From NCBI RefSeq assembly GCF_036321535.1, contig NC_087440.1:32302001-32366000 (forward strand): a stretch of DNA of 64,000 nucleotides. Reading direction: 5' to 3'. Both the position numbers and the translations under genes were made by a program. The notes under the pieces are model-generated. The model saw nothing but the letters and a program-made list of their open reading frames with translations. It made no database searches and was not told the origin of the DNA. Positions 14,985 through 26,360 of this stretch are shown here, piece after piece. The stretch is from Camelus dromedarius. Taxonomy: Eukaryota. The first letter of the stretch is position 1, and every line of letters starts with the position of its first letter.

Positions 14985-15130
14985 ATTTTTAGGTTTACTT
15001 TTTGGGGGGGGAGGGAAGGTAATTCAGGGTTTATTTATTTATTTATTTCTAGAGAAGGTACTGAGGATTGAGCCCAGGACCTTGGGCGTGCTGAGCATGT
15101 GCTCTACCACTTAAGCTGTACCCTCCCCTC
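14985..15130 (-). mobile_element. tRNA-derived SINE, long form
   Basis: Reverse complement of the same tRNA head ('ctctaccacttaagctgtaccctcccc') plus (TTTA)n and a G-run/taatt tail module. Confidence 0.9.
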
Positions 15131-15325
15131 TTGCTACCTTGTACGTAGAGAAAAGAATAAGCAATAACTGAGGACCAACTGAGGCCCAGACATCTTATCT
15201 GATATACTCAGTACCGCTGTGAAGTAAGTATGATTATTTGACAATGAGGAAACAATGACGACAGAGGGTTCACAGAGGTTAAGTGCCTTGCTCAAGGTCA
15301 CACAGCTGAGAGGGAACACAGCCAG

Positions 15326-15853
15326 TGAAACCCAGTCCCCCTAAAATCAAATTCCCTCGCCAAGTTTATGATTAATCTCTATCCAAAACTTTATTGCCTT
15401 TCTCGTGCCCTCTGACCTCAGTCCTGTGCTAATTGAACACCGATCAACCAGAGTCAGATGACTAAGATTGCTGTTGTCTATGACATTGTTAATGTACTAA
15501 AACCGCTATTATAGATGGCATCATTCATGGACAAACTCAGGCTGTTTCTCCAGGGCAAGAAGAGCTAACAGACCCCCCAAGTCATGGACCTCCTGGCCAG
15601 AGAACCAGGAACCAGAGATATTCTGACTCCCAAAACTACAATTAAGAAAGGTCACAAATGTCACAAGATGATGACTAATCCCAGCTTTTTTTGTTCTTCC
15701 TCTTTAAAAACCCTCAAATTGAAAGACCAAATTGGAGTTGATCTGAGGCTTTTCTCCCACTCCCTTGCTTGGTGACCTGTGATTAACATTTTGCTGCAAA
15801 CACCCAATGTCAGAGTTTGGTTTTCTGCGTGATGGGCCCTTCACTCGGTTTCA
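15326..15853 (+). mobile_element. Solo LTR (ERV1 class), 528 bp, inserted into a MIR
   Basis: TG...CA termini with inverted repeat TGAAACCCAG / CTCGGTTTCA; 4-bp TSD CCAG at 15322-15325 and 15854-15857; TATA-like tttaaaaa at ~15703. Confidence 0.85.
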
Positions 15854-16011
15854 CCAGAATTCAAGCCACACCCTGGGTGTCTCCCCACTGCAGAGGTGGA
15901 GTGGCCATTGCCAGAGGCTTGAACTTGAGCTTCCTGATGTCTGGAACTTGGTGTTTCTTAATGCTGACCACCTCTTCCCGGGCCGATCGTTCTCTACTCT
16001 CACTCCCCAAA

Positions 16012-16074
16012 CACACACACACACACGCACACACACGCACACATGCACACATGCACACATGCACACACACACAC
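16012..16074. repeat. Imperfect (CA)n microsatellite
   Basis: acacacacacacacacgcacacacacgcacacatgcacac... Confidence 0.9.
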
Positions 16075-16389
16075 TTACAGTGCCTCTAGGACCCTGAGCC
16101 AGTCACAGACCAGAGATGGTTCGGAGAGAGGGAAGAGACCACGAGTACTGGGTTAGGGCCCCAGTCAAAGCGTGGCCTGGGATCTGGGGACTGGGAGAGT
16201 GAGGCGATACCAGAGCTAGTGCTGGACTTGTGCAGAGTGTGGAAGTACGTGCATTCATTCAATCTTTCGATATTTACTTAGCATCAGAACCAGACCTGAG
16301 AGTGTGCTGAATGCCAGGGATATGGTAAGGGACCAGAAAGACTTTGTCTCTGTCTTCCTGGAGCTGAGAGTCTAGTGTAGCCCTATGCT

Positions 16390-16577
16390 AGACTAGAACG
16401 TTGTGCGATGTGGAAATACTCAATATCTGCACCATCCAGTACAGTCACCACTAGCCCCATGTGGCTTCTGAGCGCTTGAAATGCTGGCTAGTGCAATTGA
16501 GGAAAAAATTTTTAATGAACTTAAATTTATTTAAATGTAAATAGTCACGGGGTTAGGGGCTGCATTGGCAGGACAGG
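16390..16577. mobile_element. MER3 (hAT-Charlie) DNA transposon
   Basis: 'ctgcaccatccagtacagtcaccactagccccatgtggcttctgagcgcttgaaatg' follows the MER3 consensus. Confidence 0.8.
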
Positions 16578-18299
16578 TCTCGTGGGTGAGACAGACATGT
16601 CGCCATGTACACTTGAGTCAGGCAGGGGCCCGTGAGACCCACGGAAGGGGCACCTGACCCAGACTAAGGTCAAGAGGAATTTGTTCTAGAGCTGGTGGTT
16701 TGTAATGATTTGCAATTTTTTCCCTTACCCTGATGCTTCCTTTTGTTCTTCCTATAAAACTTGTCAATGCAGGGTAACAGGTATACTAGAAGTATGCAAA
16801 TCATGAGTTACAGCTTTGAGCTCCTATTTTTAACTCCCAGCCACAGGCATGGAGAACAGGTTCCAGAAATACAGGGATATCCTCAGGGATATTTAGGTAG
16901 AACCTGAAATCCAGATCCATGGCCCCACAGCCTTGCTAGGGAAGGGGGTGGGATGAGGAGCTGGGGTGAAAGTAGGGCTATTTCTGAGAAACAATAGACT
17001 GGGCTTGGTCACAGGTGGGACTGAGATGCAGGAATAAAAATGACTTTGACGCAGACCAGCAGGTTGTAAAGCTGAGAGACTTGAGAACTTGTGGTGTCCA
17101 CAGAGGTCTTGGAACATGGGTGGAGGGAGCAGGGTTATATGAGAAGGGAAAGGGCTATTTCTGATGTGTTTGGTTTGATGTGGAGATGTCCCAAAGGCAG
17201 CAAGAAATACTTGCCTGGAGAGGGGTTGAGAGGTCAAGGTAGAAGATGTCAGCGTGGGCACAGGATGCCCCGGCAGTAGTTCACCCAGCAGGGAATGGGG
17301 ACTCCAGGAGGAGGAGATGAGGGACCTAAAACAAGCTTTAGTAGAGCCATGGTGAGGGCAGGACTGAGGATGTGGGGGAAAGAAGCCTCAATGGGAGAGC
17401 GAAGGAAGAAACAGACTATGAAGAGAGGTTCTATGACCTTGAAGCCAATATTGATAATGACTAAATGCTTTACAGCCATGATACCAAGAAGCTGAGACTC
17501 TTCCCAAAGTCACAGGGCTTGTAAGCAATAGAGCCTGGTCTCCCACCCAGCTGTGGATTCCGGAGGATACTGTTACTCGTTTTCCCTCCACCTGGCTTGA
17601 CAAATGTGCTCTGCTGCAGCAAATGCCAAGGTTAGGGGACAGAGAGAGGGGTGTGGAAATGCTGCGAGACTTTGGGAAGCTGGAGTGTGTGTGCTGGGGG
17701 GCCGTCTGGGGAGGGAGTTGCACTGAGGGGAACTCAGACATGACAGTCTGGATCATCTTGGGGCTGTGGATCCACAGGGTATCGAGTGAGCAGTGATTAG
17801 ACATCTGGGGGCACCCAGACACTGGAGGGAAAACCAAATGTTGGGAAGTTTGAAGGTCAGTTTCAGTTGTGGAAATGGAGTTGCAAGCGGAAGAGCTGAG
17901 CCTGGCACCTGCTCTTCCTGCAGCAGGAAGGGCAGGGTCGAAGCTTCCCCACACATGAGCAGAAGTGCCCACTTCTTAGCTCTTGCAACATGGACCCTCC
18001 TCTTCTCCTGCTTCATGACCCTCTCTCTAACCCTGACCACCTCAGAACAGGACATCAGAGCCAGAGAAGGCTTGACAGATCATCTGGTCCCTGCTCATTT
18101 CCCAGAGGCCCAAAGATATGTGGTGACGTGAAATCACATACACATTGGTGGCAGAGCCAGGGCTGGAAACCAGGTTTCCCAGTGATTATCACAGCGCTTT
18201 TGCATCTGTCCAGCTCCATCTCAGAATATGTTTAGAGACAAAATGGTTAACTGTGGATGGGATGATAGGATAGTAGATATAGTTGTAACTGGTAGGACA

Positions 18300-19140
18300 T
18301 TCATCTCTGAATAATGGTGGTTAATGTGTGTTTGTCAACTTGGAGGGAAGTCCCTAGTGGTGGCACTTTTCAGTGACATGTTGGATGAGCACATAGTCCT
18401 AGTCTCATAATTGAAGGTAGCTAACATGTAGCTGGGAGGACTGCTGGATGATGGGAACCTGGATCTAAACGTAATCTGAGGGCCCAGACTTGACCAGATG
18501 GCAGTGAACAGGGGCAGAAGTAGAGTCTGAGTTTTTGGTCCCCAAATTATCCTCTGCACAAAAGCACGATGTATGGGAGATGGAATAACACCAATGTGTG
18601 CAGACGGAGAGATTCTGGTTGGCACAGGGTTGGTAGGAGTCGACCCCGAGATTTGCTTGCCAGAGGCACTGACATGGCTTTGAACTGCATGAGAGAACTT
18701 TAGGACCCAGAATGATGGGGTACATAGGCCCCAGATCTGTGATGGTTAGACCTGTTAGGAGTGTGTGGTCCACTTTAAGAGGGACAAAGACAAACTACGA
18801 GGTCCAGAGGGAGAAATCAAGATGGTGAGGAGAGTCTTTGACCAGAGGACATGGAAATGTTGAACTGGGGGAGAGGACTTAAAGGACAGATGATAGTGGT
18901 CTTTAAACTCTTATAGGGCTGCTGGTTGGAACAGAAGCTATATTGATTCCATTAATCTCGATCCAAAGAACAAAGACCAGTGAGTGGATGTAGACTGGTT
19001 ATGAGGGAAGACTTTCCTATACTTAAAGCTGTCTGAAGGTGGAATGGGCCTAAATGAGTGGTGGTCAGCTCACCATCATGGAAGGTAATCAAGCATGTGT
19101 TGGCCAACAATTTTGTGAGAATGTGGTAGAGAACATTCAA
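18300..19140 (+). mobile_element. Ancient CR1/L3 LINE (degenerate RT region and 3' part)
   Basis: 'aacttggagggaagtccctagtgg', 'gatagtggtctttaaactcttatagggctg' and 'agctgtctgaaggtggaatgggcc' are typical L3 blocks. Confidence 0.75.
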
Positions 19141-19744
19141 GGACCAGAATGTTCCCCAAAGTTATAAATGAATCCGACCCCTGGGATAGACCAGGGGCCC
19201 AGAATGACTCAAAGCCCAAAAAGATCCTCTACAGTCACCACTTCTGCATGGTCCTAGGGTCCCTGATGCTTGTTCTAAGTGCTTGGACTTTTTTTCCTCC
19301 TCCTTGCTTCCTAGTTCCTTCTGCCAGGCTGGGGAAATTCCTTGATGGTCAGCAGTGTCACTACGTACCCATAGCTGGAGAAGAGGAGGGATGAGACTGG
19401 CCAGTGAGATGGAAGGGCAGGGCCTTAAGGCTGGGCCCAGAAGACAGAGCCTTAGAGGGAAAGTCCCTGTGATAGCGTATCCAGTCTCTCCCAGGGAGTG
19501 GTGTGTGCTGACTCAGGCTGGCATCTCTGGGGGAAGAGATGTAGGATAAGCAATCAGGAAATGGGGCTGAAAAGCTGGAAAAACTTCTTGAGCCAGACTT
19601 AGTCTCTTTTACGGGAGCCAGGTACTCCACGGTAGTTGGTGAAGTTGACAATGTTGCCTTAAAATTGCCCAGAGCACTGGTGGGGATGGGAACATGGCCA
19701 AGAAGCTTGCTGCCTGGCAGGGCCTAGGTGGTAACCACTGCTGC

Positions 19745-19762
19745 ACAGCTCCAGGGGGCGCC
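19745..19762 (+). promoter_or_regulatory. Candidate CTCF site
   Basis: CAGCTCCAGGGGGCGCCT matches the CTCF core CCASYAGRKGGCRS. Confidence 0.55.
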
Positions 19763-22700
19763 TTGGGTTTGTGGCATATACAATGTGGGTGGTGCCAGGA
19801 GGTAGCAGCCCTGAGATTCTATGCCTGCATGAGAAACAGAAGCCTTGAAACGAGGTGAGACTGTGAGTGGCTAGGGAAGGAAGGGATGCTCTGGCTGGTA
19901 GATGAGGACAGAGGACAGAGGACAGTCCCAGGAAGGAGGAGTTGCTCGCTTAGGGGAGGACCCAGACCTTACCCCTTTCCTGTCCCATTCGTTCATTCAC
20001 AGTGACTGAGCGCCCCTGTGGTGGATGCCATGCTAGGCATCGAGGCCAAACACAAACACATGGAGTTGATGGTCCAGAGCGTGGCTGTCCAGTCAAACTT
20101 TCTGGATATTGGAAATAGCGTAGCAGTCAAGTAATCCTATAAGCAAATGTGAAATTATAACTCTGCCCTCATGGAGAGGTGTGTGGTGCTGGGTGAGCTC
20201 CTCTCGGGGGTGGGCGCAGTTTCCCAGGGAAGTGAGCTTGGAGCTGGGGCTGCAGGGGTGGGGAGGAGCACCGGCTTGGGGCTCAGTCACACATCTCCTG
20301 TGTGTCTCCTCAGCAGCAGCTATGGTGGTGCCTGCGTTCAGCTCATCCCATGGGGATGCAAAGCCCCTGCTTCTACTCCCACCATGAACTACCCAAGGAG
20401 GCTGGTTTGACTGCTTGTCCCCTCACCTAGCCCAGTGCCTGCACCATGGCAGTTGCTCAGGAAACATTTCCATCATTCAGCCAGTCAATCACCGAGCAAC
20501 ATTCACTGAGCACCAGTACAGCTTGCCCCACGGCAATGACCTGGACTGTCAAGGTCCCTGCTGTCACAGAACTTATGCTCAAGCTTGGGGACAGACCCTG
20601 TAGAAGCAAATACCCACAAAGATGATTCCATCAAGTTCTAAGTGCACTGACAAAAATTAAACAGGGTATCAGGATAGAGTTGTTGTTAGTAGTAGGGGTT
20701 CCTGGGAAAGGATGAATGAGTGAATGAATGAATGGTGAGCCATGGCAGTCAGAGCAAGACTCACTGCACCCCACGGGGCGGGGAGTAGGAGCGGGAGCCT
20801 GCACTCTGAGATCCCAGAGCCGGGAGCTCAGGGTGAGGTGGGGAGGGGTGGTCAGGGGTGGCTGCACTTCAGGCCTCATGGCAGGGTGAGGTGGGGCGGA
20901 AGAGGACAGGGAGTGGTGAGGAACCTCAGAATTTAGCATAAAGGAGAACGCCTGGAATTGCTGACGGGAGCCACACTGTGTCTCTGAGTCCCCTTGGCAC
21001 CTGACATGACTCAGGCTTGAATTCTGAGGGGGTGGGGTGGGGCAGTGAGGACCTGGAGTTGAGGTTCAGGGAGCTCGCAGGGTTGGCCAGCCTCCCCAGG
21101 GCCTGCTTCCACAGAAGCCCCTAGCGCCCCACTGCTGGCAGCCCTGCGGGCAGTCCTCTCTCAGATCCCGGTGCCCTGGGCAGGGGGCGGGGAGCTGAGG
21201 TGTAGCTGGTGGGGCTGAGCCCACGCAATGGGAAATGCTCAGGGTGGTGGTTCTGGGAGGGTCAGTCCAGGGGCACAGACACTGCCATTAGCTGGCCCAG
21301 CCCACCTGCCTCAGGGAGGGAGGGTGGGGCCCTCTCCAGTGGGTCCCACTAGGCCTGTGAGGTCAGCCACACCCTGGGTGGCTTGGATACTCTGTCTTGT
21401 GTGCAGGGTTCAAAGATTCTCTGAATGTGTGTATTGGCAGGGAGGGAAAAGGGGCCAAGACCCAGCCCCTGACCTGGGCCAGGGGTAGGAGGTTGTCAAC
21501 CTTATCGAGGGGACCAGATGAGGACTTCCATGCCTCTAATACCAGTCAAGAGCCAAGTGAATGTCACAGGTTTCTCAAAAGGCACAAGAGCAATGGCAGA
21601 AGAAACCAGAAGTTTCTCAGAGGTTGAGATGGGTCTTGTGGGAGGAATTCTGGCAGGTGGAAATGGGGCTGGGGAGGTAGTGGGGAGTGGGTGGCACGTC
21701 AGGGACCAGAACAAGTTAAGCAAAAGTGCAGAGGAATGAAAATGTGGTCAAACTGAGAGAAGGGCAAGTCTGAATTTGGCTAAGGGGATCCTTGGGCTGA
21801 GTGAACTTGGCAATGTGTTTACCATTCTGCCCCATCCCTGACCCTCTCTGCCAAAAAGAAAAGCTCCTCCCAAACCAAACACCACTACCCCCCGCCCCCC
21901 GGCCATATAAGCAGCAGAGGCAGCCTGATGCAGGGGAAAGAGTTCAAACTCTGGAGTTTTATGTCTTTGGTTGAATCCAAATTTCGCTGTAGAGACTTGC
22001 AACTCTGGACAAGGACCTCAGCTTTTCTAAGCCTCAGTTTCCTTCACTGTAAGAGTACTTACTTCACATGGCAGATGAAAAAAGATGATGTCAGACTTAG
22101 GCAGAATGTTTAGGTCATTGCTGGCACACACCAAACACGAATTCTCTCCGCCCCTACAGCACGTGTCTCTGGCTGGCTCAGCTGTGTCAGCGTGATAGCA
22201 AAAGCCCAGTCACCTTCCCTCCTCTTGCACCAGTCCCTGCTGCAGCAGTATCTATTTGTGGAGTTCCAGCTTTGCCTGTTTCTTCTGGAACCACCTCTCC
22301 AGGAAGGAAGGGGAGCCAAGGCCTGACCACTGGGGACAGGAGCATATCTGCTCATACTTCAAACAGAAATGGCACAGAACTGACCCCACTTGCTCCCTCT
22401 GCCTCCTTCGTGGATGCCTGGAAGGCTCCTCCATTTTAAGGACTTAAGGAAGGGTCCTTTTCTTTCCCAGATTCCCTCATCAAGTTAAGCACCGACAGCC
22501 CTGGTACCCTCCTCTTCTGGCACACAGGTCTGGGCAGGCCCAGTGATCCCTTGACCTTGCTCCCAGCAAGCCTGCACCAGGCCCTGGCTGGAGCTGGCCT
22601 GCTCCTGAGCTCCACAGAAGGCAGTGGCATCCATTCAGGGAAGGTCCCTTCTATGGCTGTCCTCAGCCCCTGCTCAGTCCTGCCTCTGCAGCTCAACACA

Positions 22701-25700
22701 GGCCAGGTCAGCCCGGTCAAATGGGAGGTAACTCTGTGGATGATCCTGAACTGGGGCACCCACGGGGAGGTGTGTGTGTGTGGGGGGGCTGGCTGAGGTG
22801 GGCACCTGCATAAGAACCTGGGAAGGGGTGGGGCCTCTGGGCCCAGGGCTACTCCTTGCTTAGAAGTACTGGACACAAGAGCCAGAACAGGACTCAGAGC
22901 CTGGAAAATACAACCCCTTAGCTGGAAAGGGTCCAGATTTGCACGCAGTCAAATCTCTTCTCTGAACATGCTTGGCTATTTGCTTGCACAGGCATGGGCT
23001 CTCTCTGTGGCTACCCAAGAATGTGGTAGCACTGGCTGCCTCTAAGATGGGGACTGCACATTGGTGGGCAGGGATGGGAAGGGGACTATGCCCTATCTGC
23101 CCTTCTATAATTTTTGGATTCTGAGCCATGTGAATGTGTTAACTTCAGCAATGTAAATTAAAAAGTGCTTGTGAAAATCTCTTCTCCATTCCTCCGAGGG
23201 CTCCTTTGGGGGATTAAGCATCTTCTGGGGACTGGCTAAGCCCCTTAATTAGCTGTTGTGGGGGCAGCGGCTGCATCTCAGCCAGCCTGTGTCCCACCAG
23301 GGCTGACCTCAGGCAAGTTGGCATCTCTCACAGCTCCAGCTCATCCTTTCTTTCTGTGCCAGCTGCTGCTTTCATGGTCCCCCATGCCAGTGCAGTCCTG
23401 CACTAGCCCACCTCCTTTCCTACTTGTCCCGTCTGTTGACTGCCTCCTACAATCTCTCCTCAGCCCACACCTCCATGGGCATCACATCCCGGGATACTGG
23501 CCAGCCTCCAGGTGGCTCTTCCGATGCCTGCCTCTCCTCCCTCTGGTCCATCCTCCCCACAGCTCAGCCCCGTTGAGCTTCCTCAAATACAGATCTGTTC
23601 TCACTACTCTGCTGTTTAAATCCTCCTGTAGCTGCCGGTGTTAGTTTTATGCCCAGATTCCCTCAGATACCCTTTTCCATTTTTGTGCATGACGTCCCCT
23701 TCAGTGGGCTTTCAAGGTTGACACCTGAGGCTCTTTTGGAGGGCTGTCCTTGGCCTCCTAAAGCTGCTTCGGGTTGAAGTGTGACTGATGACTGCTCAGA
23801 GGTGGTGGTGGAGAATGAAAGCCTGGCTTCCTTGCCCCAGACCGGGCTACCCTGAGGCCTTACACTCCAAAGTTGTTCCCTGGGCCTCACGGGAAGCCAC
23901 CCTGCACAGCTGAGCTACAACTCTTGCTTGGCTTCTCCTCTGCCAACTAGTCTCCCCTGGGAGCTCTTCCTTAAGAGTCATTCAGTGTCTAAGATGAATT
24001 CCTTCTTGGAAACCTATCACCCACAATTTAAATCTTAATCATTGATCTTTACTCATTTCCTTTCTCCCTAGAAATTTATCCCATATCACATCTACATTTA
24101 TGCTACACCAACTTCTAGTTGTCTTGCAACACTCTGTGTCTCAGTACCTGCTCTTTTTTGGTAAGTTAAAAAAAAGTGAAACCTTCCCTCTCCCCCTCCC
24201 TCCCCATTCTTTAAGACTCTTATCGGTATCACTTCTTTCGAGTCTCTAATAGAGCTAGTGGCTTCTCCTGTGCTCTCAGGGTACTGTGTAAACTCACTAC
24301 AGCACCCAGCTCACCAAACTGCACTATCTTCCGTGCTGCCTAGCATGGTGGTGGGCAGATGTAGGCATCAAATAGATGTTTCTTTGGATGAATATCGATC
24401 CCCTAAATGCCCTAAGGCTCTCCGCTACTGGGTTTCTCAGATCGTGAATCTCTTCAACCCCCAGTCAGCACTCTGTCCGTGTTTCATGCCCTCAGAGCTC
24501 TACTCAGTTGCTTATGTTTCTAAGATTAACCCAGTCTTGTTGGAGGGAAGCAGGTGGTGACCTGTAAAGAACTCTGCTCCCTCTGGCTTCTTGGGATACC
24601 AGGACTGAGGTCGAACTCTGTGTGGTGTGGACTCCCTGGGCCCGTTTGCTGACTTCTTTCAGTAAGTGGAAGGTCTAGCTTCTAAGGTCTTCCAGGGCTG
24701 ATATGAAAGTCCTCTGTGCACTGGGGCCTGGTCTGTCTTGTTCTCTGCTCTCCCAAAGCCAAGAATGGTGCCTGATGCAGAGTATACTCTTAAATATTTG
24801 TCAAGAGAAAGAACTGACAACTTCAGTGGCTACCTATTGCTTGGTGCTTCATATGTGTTACTTCATTTAATTCTCAAAGAGCAGCCAGGATTTGTGTGCA
24901 GATTTGTATGTCTTTGAAGCCTGTGTTCGTCCTGTGATACCTGATGGCCTTCAGGGGACAAGGCCGTCATAAAAAGATCTGTTCCAATGATGACTTTTAC
25001 TGATGACCGCGGGAGGCAGGAGGAGATCCTGAGGCCCTTGTTCTTCTTAAAGCATATACAGCCGCAGGGAATAAGAGGAATTGAGGGTGGTTAGTGGAAG
25101 GTGCTGAGAGGGCAGGGAGAAAATCTGATCCCTATGATCTAAATGGGGTACCTGGGCAAATGGTGGAGTTTAGGTGCACAGTTCCAGGCATGTGCTGATA
25201 AGCCAGCTCTCTAGATAAAAAAGCTCTGCTTGGTAGCGTCTGTTGATTTCTTCACTGTGGCTGAATTCAAGCAACCAACATGAAGTCACTGCCTGCAGAG
25301 TTGGAAGGGATGCACACAATGAGCTCTCACAAGCCAGGAGCCGCCCTGCAGCTGGGGGCTGTCCCCAGAAAGCCACAGGAAGATCACAGCTCCTGTAGAC
25401 CCTACGGGCGGCTCTGGGAAGCCTCAGCTCTCAGCCCACCTTTTTTGAAGATTAGAAAAGGTCTCTGCCATTCTGGTTTACAGCAGCTACCCCGTTACCT
25501 TGGTAGCCACCTAGGCTGCTGGCAAGAAGGCTCCCTCAGAGTGGCCTTCAGCTCTTCTTTGGATCATACCCCCTGCTGCCTTGCCTTGGACTGGGACAGA
25601 TCCCCCCAAGCAGGAAAGGCAGCCCTACAGGATTCTTGCAATCAGCTCATCAGAAAGCAGTTCACGTGGTGCCTTCCCAAGAGGAAGAATGCGAGTATGT

Positions 25701-26141
25701 GAGTGCCATTAACTACTCCTCCACCTCTCACTTGGATTTGGGTAGTACTTTCCTCCTAATTCCAGGAAATCATAAACACCAAGGAATTTGCCCTCCCTGG
25801 ACTGGGCCTCAGGCAGGGATGAGGCCCAGATAGAAGTCAGCAGGCATCCCTGAAGAGATGGTGGAGCAAGGGTGGGAAAGCAGTGCGAGGCTGGCGCGTG
25901 CCTGCTTCTGGCTGCGAAGGGACACTGCTCCCCAGCTGGGGTATGGGAAATGGGCCTCACAGCCAAAGGGCAGGTGCCCTGAGATGGACAGCTCTACAGG
26001 GAAGAGGAAAGAAGCTTTGTCATGGGGATGCAGCTCCTTGAGAACCTGACCTGCGTATCGTTAGGTCTTTCTCTCAAGTACTTAGCACCTTGCTGAGCAC
26101 AGAATCAGCACTCAAATATGAGCTGAAGGAGAAATGAGACC

Positions 26142-26147
26142 TTTATT
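26142..26147 (-). terminator. DHRS1 poly(A) signal AATAAA
   Basis: tttatt on plus, about 215 nt after the stop codon. Confidence 0.75.
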
Positions 26148-26360
26148 ACCCCAGAGCATTTTTCAATCCTAAAGCAAAAAGGAAAATGCAGGGGCAAGGA
26201 AAACACAAAGAAGGACCTAGAGAGGCCACCAAGGCTCAGCCAGGACACAGCAGAGGCCTTCTCGTCAAGGGTACGCGGTAGGTAGGTGGAAAAGGCCCCT
26301 CGTTCCACTGAGATAGGCCAACCACGCAGTCCGAAGAGGAGCAGAGGTGTGCCAGGAGGG

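Noticed and set aside
17388-17972. 194-aa intergenic ORF
   Set aside because: Low-complexity Ser/Pro-rich translation overlapping repeat remnants; no homology recognised.
21120-21145. Possible additional CTCF motif (AGCGCCCCCACTGCTGG)
   Set aside because: Only half of the core matches once spacing is considered.
24985-25035. C/D-box snoRNA-like motifs (ATGATGA...CTGA)
   Set aside because: Only ~45 nt between boxes, no terminal stem, and not in an intron of a host gene.
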